From Chiloscyllium plagiosum (lineage: Eukaryota), in the NCBI RefSeq assembly GCF_004010195.1, contig NC_057718.1:26425682-26475709 (forward strand): a stretch of DNA of 50,028 bases, written 5' to 3'. A program made the translations under genes and the position numbers. Under the pieces are notes generated by a model. That model did no database searches, was not told the DNA's origin, and saw only the letters and a program-made list of their open reading frames with translations. Of this stretch, positions 13,140-25,540 are shown one piece after another; within the stretch, counting starts at the first letter, position 1; each line of letters opens with the position of its first letter.

Positions 13140-14331
13140 TCAGACAGTGTGCAAACCCACCGACTCCCACAGCTACCTGGACTATACCCTCTCCCCACCA
13201 CTCTTCCTGTAAAAACACTATCCCTTACTCCCAATTCCAGTCCAGAACATCCCAGCTGGCCTGCTTTTTCAAGGACTGCAATGTCCCCTCCCACTTGCTC
13301 ACCAATGACCTCCAGCTCATCTCCTCCACTTCCTGCACATCCACCCTTGAACCCCACCCTTCTAACCACAACCAGGACAGAATCCCCCTACGTCCTCACT
13401 TTCCAACCCACTAACCTCCAGATACAATGCATCATCCACCACCATTTCTGCCACCTACAATGAGACCTCACCACCAGAGATATATTTCCCTCCCCACCCC
13501 TATCTGCATTCCGCAGAGATCATTCCCTCCACGACTCCGTCCTTAGGTCCATGCACCCCCCCCAACACCACCATCCTACCCTCCACTCCCATCACCTCGC
13601 CTTGCTACTGCAAGAGATGTAAAACCCGTGCCCACACCTCCCCCCTCACCTCCATCCAAGGACCCAAAGGATCCTTCCACATCCGGCAGAGATTTTCCTG
13701 CATCTCCAAACACATCATCTACTGAGTACGTTGCTCTCGAGGAACTACTAGGGAGGCAGGACGCTAACTTGTGGAATGTTTCAGAGAACATCTCCAGAAC
13801 ACATGCACCAAACAACCCACCGCCCTGTGGCCAAAAACCCCAACCCCCCCCCCCCCCCCCCCCCCCACTCAGCTAAAGACATGCAAGTCCTAGGGCTCCT
13901 TCACCGCCAAATTCTAGCCATCCGATACCTGGGGGATGAACAAATCATCTTCTACCTTGGGACTCTCCAATCACATGGGAGCAATGTTGGTTTCCCCAGT
14001 TTCCTGATCTCCCCTCCCCCCACTTTATCCCAGATCCAATCCTCCAACTCGGCACCACCCTCTTGAACTGTCCTACCTGTCCATCTTCCTTCCCACCAAC
14101 CACTCCACCCTATCACCATCACCTCCCACCTTCACCTACCTATCACATTCTGCCTTCCCCCCAGCCCCATCCCCCTCCTGTTTATCTCTCAGCTTCCTTG
14201 GGAACATGCCCCCTCCCCCTCCCACTCCACCCCTCATCCCTGATGAAGAGCCTATCCTTGAAACATCGACTCTCCTGCTCCTTGTACACTGCCTGACCGG
14301 CTGTGCTTTTCCAGCGCCACACTTTTTGACT
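13140..14331 (+). mobile_element. Penelope-like retroelement 3' portion: RT C-terminus, GIY-YIG endonuclease remnant and terminal repeat
   Basis: Remnant peptides read by hand: KNTIPYSQF, PYVLTFQP, RCKTRAHT...SFHIRQRFSC, FREHL. C-rich 3' region, then a terminal repeat starting CTGATGA at 14240. Confidence 0.8.
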
Positions 14332-15714
14332 GAGTGTGCTGGCTTGCCAGATGCATCCTATCCATGAGAAACTCTTCCAGAGGCAGGATTAAAGTGGAAG
14401 GTTCACCCGTCTGTGAGGGATGTACGGCCATTTGTTACAACCTGGCAAGGAGGGGTGAAAGTACTCCTCCAATCCTTCCACCCTCGTTTGACCATAACTG
14501 ATTTTTTGCTTTCACATTTGGGGAAGACATGCCTTTTGAATTCTTTAAGTGTAGCACTGTTTAAACTTCTAGACTATGAAGGTTTTCCTCAGATGGGTTT
14601 CTTTCGGTTAAGCAAAGAACAAGTTTATTGAAACTACTTTTTCCCCAAAGATAAGAAGATTATAATGCAACGCCATTCATACAGTCACACACATTCATCT
14701 GGGACCCCCTCCCCACACACAATTACCATTCACAGGGTAAAAGGCTAGGCTTACAAGCAGTTTACAGTCCAAGAAAGTTAAAATAAGATTTGTTATACTT
14801 TGGCTAGTCTTGACGTGACAAGTTAAATGTTGCAGTCATTTAGTTCATTTCTTTATCTGGATGTGATTTTATTGATTTTATTGAATGCAGACTTGGTTCA
14901 TAGTCTGCATTCTCCTAGGTTGAACACCCTTCTTGAACTAAGCACACCACATCCCAAGAGATAAAGCAATAGAGATAAATAAAGATAGCTTCTCAGCCTG
15001 TTTTCAGCACAATATTATCTTAGTCAGTCTCCCACTTGGTAATGAACTCTTTAACTACCCTGTCCACTCTAGAGAGATTCCATTAGTTCATGTCATTAGC
15101 AGTTATTGCTTCAAAACAGATAATTGCATTTTATTGTTTCATCGCAGAAACATTTGAAAAGTTTCAGGGAGTTAAGAATCGGGAGGAGATGGGGTCTTTC
15201 ATACCCCCTGAGGATATGACTGGTTTAATCCCACTCAGCGGAACATGGAATTATATAATTTGCAATGTCTCTGTTAAATCAAAGGCCCTTTTTTTTTATG
15301 AATCTGACCAGGAAAAGGAAAATTATAAGTTGTATTTTCAAGTCAAAAACACTTCTCATAATGCAATTAAAATAAATACAAGGACCTTTTGGGCCAATAA
15401 TCAGGGGCCAGTTTCCAGTCCCATAAATGTTAGGAGAAGAGCTGCTTCCCAGAGGCATGCTATTGGTGGAATACTTTGAGGACTTGGCCTAGCCTCAGCT
15501 CTGGCGATAGGCTGCCTTGTGATGGGGTCACCTCTGCAATAGTGACCCATCAGCTAAGATCATTTATTCATGCAACATTTTCAAAACTGCCAAGAAGACA
15601 TATCACAATGGAGGTGCTTTTTTTTTCTCTCTCTCTCTCTTAACCTACAGGCTGCACTTTCTTCAGAGCTGGTGGTCAAGCTATTGGTCCTCCCACAATC
15701 CTGAACCAAATGCT

Positions 15715-16095
15715 TTGAAAAGAGTGCTGAATTTATTTACAAGAATGGCTGCCAGAATGAGAAACTTCATTTACGAGGATAGATTGAAGAAATTGGGACT
15801 GTTCTCCTTGGAGAGAAGAAGGCTGAGAGGGGATCTGATAGAGATTTTCAAAATTATGACTGGGCTGGATGATGTAGATAGGGAGAAGCTGCTCCCATTC
15901 TTATAAGTAACAAGAACAAGAGGGTATAGATTCAAAATTATTACCAAAATCAGATGTGAGTAAAAGAATTTTCACTCATCAAGTCATTTAGGATATAAAA
16001 TGCGCCCTCTGGAAGTGTGGTGAAGATAGGTTCAGTTGATGCATTCAAGAGGGCATTAGATGATCACTTGGATAAAACTCGTGTAAAGGCAAATT
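15715..16095 (+). mobile_element. CR1 ORF2 C-terminal fragment
   Basis: YEDRLKKLGLFSLERRRLRGDLIE. Confidence 0.85.
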
Positions 16096-16258
16096 GGTCA
16101 TAGGCTTACCAGACTGTAGGGCTGCTCTATCATTAGAGAGAGACAATTGGTGGTGGTTTAACCTGAGGATTGCCATGCCTCAGGTGAGGGGAGAGGTTGA
16201 GAAAGTGAGTCCTTCATGTTAATCTAAGACGGTGTGGAAATTGGCATCATTCTGTATT

Positions 16259-16480
16259 GAGGTAAAAACAATGACTGCAGATGCTGGAAACCAGATTCTG
16301 GATTGGTGGTGCTGGAAGAGCACAGCAGTTCAGGCAGCATCCGAGGAACTTCGAAATCGACGTTTCGGGCAAAAGCCCTTCATCAGGAATAAAGAAGAGC
16401 TTTTGCCCGAAATGTTGATTTCGAAGTTCCTTGGATGCTGCCTGAACTGCTGTGCTCTTCAGGACCACTAATCCAGAATC
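16259..16480 (-). mobile_element. PLE-derived fold-back mini-element with an intact minimal hammerhead motif on the - strand
   Basis: Inverted arms 16294-16381 and 16394-16480; TSD cattctg(t/c)attg at 16247-16258 and 16480-16491. Confidence 0.85.
16359..16386 (-). ncRNA. Minimal hammerhead ribozyme core CUGAUGA-A-GGGC-UUUU-GCCC-GAAACGUC
   Basis: Both conserved boxes (CUGANGA and GAAA), a 4-bp helix II, palindromic ACGU in place of helix III and a GUC cleavage triplet. Helix I pairing is weak. Confidence 0.7.
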
Positions 16481-16929
16481 ATTCTGCATTGCAAGCCAGC
16501 TGTCCAGCTAATCAACTCCCTAAAAAATAAAAAATAATAACAGAATGGGGAAAAAGCAGAAGATTGGCACCAGGTAATGATGCTTGTTTGAAGAGCTGGT
16601 ACAGGCATGATGGATCAAATAGCCTCCAACTGCACTGTAACAGTACTGTGATTGGCTGGTTAGCAAATACTCTGACTACGAATAGCCAGTTCAGGCACAA
16701 TCACTATTTAGTGCCTTTTCCCTGCTCTGTTCAATGTTTGATTGTGCTGTCTGTGTGTTCTCTGTGCTATTAGTCAAAGATGTTGGTGTTATTTATTGCA
16801 AGGAAAGAGAAAGTGAAAGCAAGCTGGAAGTTTGTGGCTGAGACATTTAAAAGCTTTCTGCATAAAGTTGTGTTCACACATCAAACCCTTTGTGTGCCTT
16901 TTCCAAGGCACAAAACATAGTGACTGGTG

Positions 16930-19085
16930 AAGCAGGTTGACCATCACTTATTTATCAGCTCCAACACTTTTTTTCTTTCTTAACCAGAAGAGCACCTTTG
17001 CCATGGGATCAGTTGGTTTTGGGATTCAAATCTATTTTTTCACTTTGGGTATTGAAAACATCAAGGTGGCAGTGACCTGCAAGAAAGCAGTCCTCATCCA
17101 TTGCCATGGGGCAATTTGAACTACTCAGTGAAGGCACAATGCTAAGTACGCTTGAAAAATACATTGGGCTATGTAGTACTCAATGTTTACATGTTCCCCA
17201 TATGAGATGCCAAGGAAAATGTGAGCTCATAAAACAGTACATGTCGGTGTTGCAGCAATTGACTTCCATGCAGTGATTTGGCAGACTAATTTGTGAAAAC
17301 TGATTGGGGAAAGTACAATTCCAGGAATTAGTGAGTGCCCACATTTGGAGGATGATGATTTAACCTTGGAAAGAGCCATGACTTTGGCTGTCCAAATCAA
17401 ATCCATCATGTTTGATTTGAAGAGGCTCCACAGAAATGCACCCTCATCACAGACACAGTTTTCCTGATCACACTTTCCCCATCACGGAATGCTAAAAATA
17501 TGCCCAAACTGTGGAGGCACCCATCAATTCCTGACAACATTTCCAGCTTGAGGAAAAAAAATGTATAATTCATGATTAATGATGAATTGCTTTGTAAAGT
17601 GCATGTGCGGTTATCAGAGAAGAAGCCTTCCTCAGTTCAACACATGGAAGAGTCTGTTCCCAACAATGAAATGCAGCATGTGCAAAGTCTCACTGATGAT
17701 AAAGTACCAAGTCATTTTAAGGATTGCTCAGTCATGTGCATCTCAGTGTCAATCCTCATTGATATCAGACAATAAATATCTATATTGTGTGACAAATTCT
17801 ACCATTATTATCTTTGCAGCATTTTCTCACCCAAGTGATAGACACTTTTCACACTACATTGATTTGATTATTCCAGTTTGGAGATTTCAGTTCCAGTGAG
17901 CTACAAACATGTCAACCCACAAAAGTTTACATTCCACATAGCCAAAGAAGAGATTGACCCTGTTTGATAAGCTTGGCTTCAAACTTGAAGACCCCAGAGC
18001 CTATATTAGTATGGACAATGATAGTGACAGTGTTAACAATATCCTTACTTATTTGCAAGGTTTAGGGACACAAAAGCAAATTGTCATCCTTCTCATGTTG
18101 ATATGTCAGTTCTGCCAATTTTCAAATATTTGACATGGTTGCCATTTGCAATCCATGCCAAAGTGTCAAGGAGCTGAAACAACTTGAAGCAAATTAACAC
18201 ACTCCCATGAATATTGAATCTATTCATTACAAAGCATAAAAATGGTGACTATGCATTGACCTTAAAATGGTAAACAAAACAATCATACCAGACAAGTAGG
18301 AGAAAGTAAGGACTGCAGATGCTGGAGATCAACGTCGAGAGTGTGTTGTTGGAAAAGCACAGCAGATCAGGCAGTGTCCAACGAACAGGAGAATTGACAT
18401 TTCGGGCATAAGCTCTTCATCAGGAATGAAGGGCTTACGCCTGAAACGTCAATTCTCCTGCTCCTTGGATACTACATGAACTGCTGTGCTTTTCCAGCAC
18501 CACACTCTTGATACAGACAAGTATCCACTTTCTGTAATCTAATAGCTATGGGAATTTCATGATCCTCCAGTCTTCATGAAATATGCATGTGACAGAACTG
18601 CCACTAGCAGAGCAATAGTCAATATGTGGCAACTTTGGTTACCCTGAAGGTGTGTTTCAGAATGCCTAATAGATTAAGTTCAGCACCTAATGCATTCCAA
18701 AAGATCATTTCTTCAGCCTTGTCAGACATTGATGATGCGATCAATTTACTCGGCAATGTCGCTATTCATGGAAGGGACAATGTTGAACGTGATCAGTTGT
18801 TGTTAGTGATGCTCACTTGAATTGAACAACACAATTTTTGACATCAGCAAGTACAATTGCATATTTGTGGCACATGTGGTTCACTTTCTAAGGTATAGTG
18901 ATAGCACCTGGAGTAAAGTCTACTCACAATGTCAAAGCCATTCATGCTCTTCTGATCTCATCTAACTTACAAGGGTGTGCATTGTTCCTTGGAACTGCCA
19001 ACTTTTACCATACCTTTGTTCCTAATCTTACAGAGATTTCAGAATTTCTTTGAAAGCTAGTACTCAAAGATGCACAATGGGAACA
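16930..19085 (+). mobile_element. Decayed Gypsy/Ty3 LTR retrotransposon internal region (gag-pol)
   Basis: Remnants AVLIHCHG, LTLERAMTLAVQI, CPNCG, LCIDLKMVNKTIIPDKYPL, FRMPNRLSSAPNAFQKII and FLGTANFYHTFVPN. Confidence 0.82.
18299..18513 (-). mobile_element. PLE-derived fold-back mini-element inserted in the Gypsy RT
   Basis: Inverted arms; exact TSD cagacaagta at 18289-18298 and 18514-18523. Removing the insert restores KTIIPDKYPL. Confidence 0.9.
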
Positions 19086-19087
19086 AA

Positions 19088-19655
19088 CAATCAGTATTGG
19101 GTCCACTTTTGTTTGTCATTGATGTAAATGATTTGGATGAGAATATAGAAGGCATGATTAGTAAGTTTGTGAATGACAACAAAATTGGTGGTATAGTGGA
19201 CCATGACGAAAGGTACCTAAGCTTACAAAGAGATCTTGATCATTTGGGTCATGGGCTATGGAGTGGCGGATGGAGTTTATTTTAGATAAATGCGAGGTAT
19301 TGCATTTTGGTAAAACAAGCAAGGGCAGGAGTTGTATAATGAATGGAAAGGCCTAGTTGTAGAACAGTGAGACCTAAGACTTCAAGTACATAATTCTTTG
19401 AAATTTACGTCTCAGGTAGACAGGGTAGACAGCAGTTTTCACACAATGCGTAGTGGGAATTTGACACTCTGTCATTCCTGAACAGGTTGTAGGAGTTAGG
19501 ATAATTGACATTTTCAAAACTGAGTGTAAAGAATTTTTGTTAGGCATGTGTAACTGACGTGCATGCATGGATGTGGCAATGTTGTACAGATAAGCCATGA
19601 TCTAATTGAAAGGTGGATCAAGTTTGGGGGACAGATTAGTCTGCACCTATTCCTA
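19088..19655 (+). mobile_element. CR1 RT fragment with internal deletions and a 3' remnant
   Basis: [34 protein letters not shown]. Confidence 0.8.
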
Positions 19656-20024
19656 CCTTCCATCCCCTGATTTATGATTTGACAACAATATTAACACATG
19701 CCCATTTCTGTCGGAGCCCTTGCTTATCCATGGAAAAGTACTTGGATCATGAATGATCATTTTATGCCCCATTTATTTTCCAGAGCTGCTTCAAAGAAAA
19801 ACAATTCCTTAGTAGTTTGGAACTCCTCTTCCCATGAAATATAACCTATTTATATTGCAGGACAGAAGTTGTCATATCTGTAGCAATAGAGAAACATCTG
19901 GATTCATAACATTTTGAAGATACTATCAGTTAGTTGTGATTGTTACCTTGGCAGTGCCCTCTTTAAACCCTGAAATATTGTGGGGGCACCAGCACTTGCT
20001 TTGACCCACTTTCTTTCTTTCTCT

Positions 20025-20607
20025 TTTGCTTCATTGAGCATAGACCTTTGAGTATAGGAGTTGGGACGTCATATTGAAGTTCTACAGGATGTTGGTAAGG
20101 CCTCTTTTGGAGTACTGCATACAGTTCTGATCGCTCTGTTATAGGAAGGACATTATTAAATTGGAGAGAGTCAGAAAAGATTTACTAGGATGTTGCCAGG
20201 AATGGAAGGTTTGAGTTATAAAAGGAGGCTGGAAAGGTTGAAGGGTGACCTTATAGGGGTTTATAAAAACATGAGGGGCATAGACAAGGTGAATAGCAAG
20301 GATCTTTTCCCCAGGTTGGGGGGAAACTAGGGGGCATATTTTTAAGAAGAGTGGAAAATGTTTTATAAAGGGTTAAGTTTTTTTACACAGAGTGTGGTTC
20401 ATGTATGGAATGAACTGCCAGAGGAAGTGGTGGATGTCAGTACAGTTAAAAAAAATTAAATGACATTTAGAAAAGTACATGAATAGGCAAGGTTGGAAGG
20501 ATATAGCAGGCAAGTGGGACTAGTTTAGTTTGGGAACATGGTCACAGACTAGTTGGACTGAAGGGTCTGTTTCCATGCTGTATGGTTATGTGACTCTATG
20601 ACTCTAT
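20025..20607 (+). mobile_element. CR1 3' end
   Basis: ORF2 C-terminal remnants and (gactctat)n tail. Confidence 0.82.
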
Positions 20608-22794
20608 ATTAAATAAGAAAACAACATCTCAGCCAATTTCAACTCATTCGGAAATGGATGGATATGTGATAGGATCTGTATCCAACCTTATTATTACCAG
20701 TGCTTTTTACCAATTGGATATGCATCATGCCTGTTAATTTGAACTGAATACAATTCTCTGCTGGGGAACAGGAAGTACTAGCTTAAATCTATACCAGTGA
20801 CTATTGGCACATGTAACAGGAAGTTCTCTCTCTGCACTGATCACTAAGCACTGAATGAAATATTAGTCATGTCAGGATCTAATCATTGAGCTTTACGCTT
20901 CTGTAGAAAGTCAGATCATCTTCGTCAGCACAACTTCAAGGTTGAGTATGACTGAGTAGCTGATTTATTTGAGCTCAGCATTATTACAGACCATGTTAAT
21001 AATAATGAAGCAACTTGGAGACCACATGATTGTGGCAATTTCACATGTGACCACAAATCTTATTTCACAAGAGGAGTCTGTAAATGTAAGAAAGTAAATC
21101 TGTACCTGCATCTAAAAGCTGAGTGGCCTCGTAACTAAGAGGATGAACTGGCCCTGCAATACAAACTATAAAATGAATTTGCATTGTTTGATAATAACTC
21201 TGTTACATAATGAACATGAGTGGTTATCCCAAGAGCACTAAAGCAGCATGGTATATGTGAGAACTTAGGAGTACATGAAATAGGACCAGAATTGGGATGT
21301 TCTAATCCCTAAAGCCTACTCCACCTTTCAATAAGATCATTGTTGATTCAATTATGGCACCTTGTCCATTAAGGACATTTGTGGGTTGTAAGATGAAGCT
21401 AATGATCCTCTATTAAGTCCAGTGGTCAGTTATATAATGCTGCATAGAAGATTTCATTAGAAACTGCACAAGAGTCATGAAAAATCTATTAAGCCATAAC
21501 CCTCACATCTGTAATAAACTCCATGGTGAATAAAATCATTGTCACGTTGGTACTGTTGCCCTCAGAGATCGAGGAAGAAAGTGGCTTCTGGGCCTTCAGG
21601 CCATTTCCCTGTGGAGGTGGCAAACATGCCGGTGGTAGACACAAGAGAGAGGTGTCATGGCCAATGGTTAGAAGTGGCACACAAGGTGCAACATCTTCCC
21701 TAAAGGGCATTAGTGAACCAAATGGGCTTGCACAATAATTAGCAGTGGTTACAAAGTTGTCATAATGCTAGTTTTCAACTCCAGATTTTTATTGATTCAT
21801 TTTTCAGCTTCTGCCATGAATGGATACAGACCCATGTCCCCAGACCCTTAACCTGGTGTTGTGGATTGCTAATCCAATTGCAGTAGCACTATATGATCTC
21901 CTCCCCTAACATATATGGTTACAAAGAAAAAGAAAATGGAAGCATGCTGGATGCTTGAGGCTGGAGCATTTTAAAAGCATTTGTAAAGAAAATGCTGTTC
22001 ACACAAGTGAAAAAGTAGCAAAATTAGAAATGAAATCCTTGTTTTGAGGTAGTTTTAATTTGACAATTATTGCATAGCTTTGTCACAAAAAATATGCTAC
22101 AAACATTTAAAGGAAAAAAACAAAATCCTGACAGTTGGCAAGAAGAAAACGGAGGCTGCCATAAAACGCACAAGTGGTCAACTCCTCTGCATCAGAGAGA
22201 TAATTTACCATCTTGCATTTGATATTTTTCTCATTCGTTCCGATAAAAGCTGATAGCAGAAGAAATGACCTTCCTTATCAGATTTTAAGTGATCGCTGTA
22301 CATGTTCTGGTTTCTTCACATCAAAACATTTGCAACAAGTTTCTGATTTTAGAAGAATGATAGATAATGAACAAAAGAACATTCAAAAACAAAGAAAGAA
22401 AGAAAGAACTGAACCTGTCATTGTCGATGTGTGGAAATTCTCAGCTTTCCTAATACTTGAAATACATATATAAAATAAATGTAGGAAAATAGGCATTGTA
22501 CTTGAATGAATGAATGATGATTTATTGTCACATATATCTGAAAGATACAGTGAAAATGTTTTATTGCCATAACCCGGTACCTTGTTTCATTACAATAAGA
22601 ATAAAAAGAAATTACTATATATTGGGGTGTCAAGCACAACTTCCAGGCTTCTGCAAGGTCTCCGCAAGGTATTCCCGTCCTCAAGGAGTCCCACTCTGAA
22701 AACAGAAAAGACGATGTCAATGCCCTAGAAGTCCCCAGCTCCGCTGCCGCTGCCACTTCACTGACAGTGGCAAGAGTTCAGGTTCCAAGCCTAT

Positions 22795-22972
22795 CTCTGC
22801 CAGGCACTGCCATCACCAAGAGAGCAGACTTTGGACCTATCATGGTCATGAGTCCCTGCTCCAGGTACTGCCACCACCAAGAGTCCAGGCTCCGGGCCTA
22901 ACATCACCAGGAGTCCTCATCTTGGCACCGTCAGTGCCCAGAGTCCAGGCTCTGGGTCTACCACTACCAGTG
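22795..22972. repeat. Degenerate ~30-bp minisatellite (about 6 units) inside a reversed LINE-tail-bearing element (~22500-23000)
   Basis: Recurring ccagg.actgcca.caccaagagtccaggct. Confidence 0.6.
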
Positions 22973-23099
22973 TGAAGGACCAGACCAAACCCCCTCAAAA
23001 TATTTTAAGAAGATAGCCTAGCCCCTTATGCTTTCTTATTTTAATGGTAAATGTAAGGCATTGCATTCCAGATGGATTAGTCAAATTACTAGTCAAACT

Positions 23100-23135
23100 G
23101 CATGGATAGCTCAGTTGGTAGAGCATCAGCCTATT
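23100..23135 (+). pseudogene. tRNA-Lys(UUU)-derived 5' half
   Basis: gcatggatagctcagttggtagagcatcagcct versus recalled GCCCGGATAGCTCAGTCGGTAGAGCATCAGACT (29/33). No T arm follows. Confidence 0.7.
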
Positions 23136-23434
23136 GGGCTGCACGGTGGTACAGTGGTTAGGACTACTGCCTCACAGCGCCAGAGACCCGGGTTTAATTC
23201 CCGCCAGGCAACTGTCTGTGTGGAGTTTGCACATTCTCCCTGTGTCTGCGTGGGTTTCCTCCGGGTGCTCCGGTTTCCTCCCACAGTCCAAAAATGTACA
23301 GGTTAGGTGAACTGGCCATGCTAAATTGCCCGTAGTGTAAGGTGAAGGGGTTAATGTAGGGGAATGGGCCTGGGTGGGTTGCTCTTCGGAGGGTCGGTGT
23401 TGACTTGTTGGGCCAAAGGGCCTGTTTCCACACT
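23136..23434 (+). mobile_element. HE1-like SINE
   Basis: Same head and body as the other copies. Confidence 0.88.
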
Positions 23435-24720
23435 GGGTTAGAAAGGATTTTAACCCAGTGACCATATCGCAGTAGTGATATAGTTTCAAGTCAGGAAATT
23501 GTATGGCTTGGGGGAGAACTGGGAGTGGCTTACTGTATATGCCTGCCTTTGTCCATCATGCTGAAGGCATCACAGATTTGGAAGGTGCTGTGAAAGGAAA
23601 TTTATCTGAGTAATAAGAACTCTGAAACCAAAGATTGAAGAAATCCCATTGCTCATTTCAACCTATGTTTCTTTATCCCAGTATTTTCTGATATGAAACA
23701 CCATGGAATATCACCAGGAGGATCTGCTGAGCTCAGCACTCTTAATTTATCTGTTTTTATCTTTGTTGATCTGACCCCCCTGCAGCTCACTGATGCTTTA
23801 GGTAATGACAGTTTTTAAATGCCAATGAATAAAACATTTCAATGATTCCCCTGTCTGCACCAAACTCCCTAGGCTGACGTTTGGAACAGAGATATTGCTG
23901 CATTTTTATGACCCCCATATTCAGTTTTGCACTCTATTTTAGATTTGAGTTAATATGTGTCCCCTGGTACTTCAGCAAGTCAGTGATGTCAGCTCCTTTT
24001 CATTTTACACTTCTGGGATTAATACATTTGTATTTATGTTCTTTCTTTGTTAATTTAAGACCTCTGCTTAAGTCTTTCTTTCTCACAATATAATTCCTTC
24101 ATTTTGCCAAGGTATGTGCAATTGCTGAACAATGTAGTAGACCAATTATTCCAACACTAGTGCTGCTCCTAGAAGTATGGGCAAGGGCAGTTACTATCTG
24201 CTCTTGCAATGGATAGTCAGTTATTTTGAAATCTTGTATGAGCTTCCTCTTCCAAACATTAATATCCTTGTTAACACTTCTAAATCATGGGGCTCCTTAA
24301 ATACCTCCCTCACATTTCCTCCGTCCTATGATCATACAATCTTTTAAAACCCAATCCACATCAATCAATCTATACTTGCTCATCTACGTACTCTCCTTTA
24401 TTCTTTGCAAGCTTGATGCTCACTTTCAATTTCAGCCTGGCACGGTGTCTACTTTTCTCATGGTGAACAATATTGGTTGAGGGTAAATCTTATTTCTCTA
24501 GAGAAAAGCAACAGGTTTTTTTTCCCCATTGTCAGCTTCCATTAGAAAATATCATACAGGCTGTTGTATATACTGGCAGTGTCCCTACCTCTGTGTCAGG
24601 AAGCCTGGGTTGAAGTCCCACCTACTCCAAAGGTATGTTATAACATCTCTGAACAGGTTGATGAGAAAAACATGTTAAATAAAACAAAATAGAAAATGCA
24701 GGTTGTTGAGTATACTAGTG

Positions 24721-25540
24721 GATGTGGATAAATGTATGGTTATCCACTTTGGTGGCAAGAACAGGAAGGCAGATTACTACCTAAATGGAATCAATTTAGG
24801 TAAAGGGGCAGTACAAAGGGATCGGGGTGTTCTTGTACACTAGTCAATGAAGGTAAGCATGCAGGTACAGCAGGTAGTGAAGAAGGCTAATGGCATGCTG
24901 GCCTTCATAACAAGAGGGATTGAGTATAGAGCAAAGAGGTTCTTCTGCAGCTGTACAGGGCCCTGGTGAGACCACACCTGGAGTACTGTGTGCAGTTCTG
25001 GTCTCCAAATTTGAGGAAAGACATTCTGGCTATTGAGGGAGTGCAACGTAGGTTCACGAGGTCAATTCCTGGAATGGCGGGACTACCTTACGCTGAAAGA
25101 CTGGAGCGACTGGGCTTGTATACCCTTGAGTTTAGAAGACTGAGAGGGGATCTGATTGAGACATATAAGATTATTAAAGGATTGGACACTCTGGAGGCAG
25201 GAAACATGTTTCCGCTGATGGGTGAGTGCCGAACCAGAGGACACAGCTTAAAAATACGGGGTAGACCATTTAGGACAGAGATGAGGAGAAACTTCTTCAC
25301 CCAGAGAGTGGTGGCTGTGTGGAATGCTCTGCCCCAGAGGGCAGTGGAGGCCCAGTCTCTGGATTCATTTAAGAAAGAATTGGATAGAGCTCTCAAGGAT
25401 AGTGGAATCAAGGGTTATGGAGATAAGGCAGGAACAGGATACTAATTAAGGATGATCAGCCATGATCATATTGAATGGTGGTGCAGGCTTGAAGGGCAGA
25501 ATGGCCTACTCCTGCACCTATTGTCTATCATCTATTGTCT
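24721..25540 (+). mobile_element. Young 5'-truncated CR1 LINE
   Basis: Intact 159-aa ORF2 C-terminus (RPHLEYCVQFWSP...FFTQRVV..WNALP), 3' UTR, (tctattg)n tail, possible ctagtg TSD. Confidence 0.93.

Larger units (their letters stand above)
16100..16515 (-). mobile_element. tRNA-derived SINE (different family from HE1), interrupted by a PLE fold-back insertion
   Basis: Reversed head ...gccagctgtccagctaatcaac and internal hairpin cctgagg-attgccatg-cctcagg. The sequence is continuous across the 16259-16479 insert. Confidence 0.55.

Noticed and set aside
15618..15906. Strong polypyrimidine tract + tacAG leading into an open frame
   Set aside because: The tract is a T/(CT)n microsatellite. The frame runs into CR1 ORF2 and is not ALK-like, so at most this is a cryptic acceptor.
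16294..16480. Hairpin as a pre-miRNA or DNA-transposon MITE
   Set aside because: The arms are PLE terminal-repeat sequence, are asymmetric, and TSD length varies between copies.
21523..21738. ORF containing GGGKHAGG as a possible upstream glycine-rich exon
   Set aside because: It does not match the expected YGAAGGKG...VGQQG exon and lies in repeat-like sequence.
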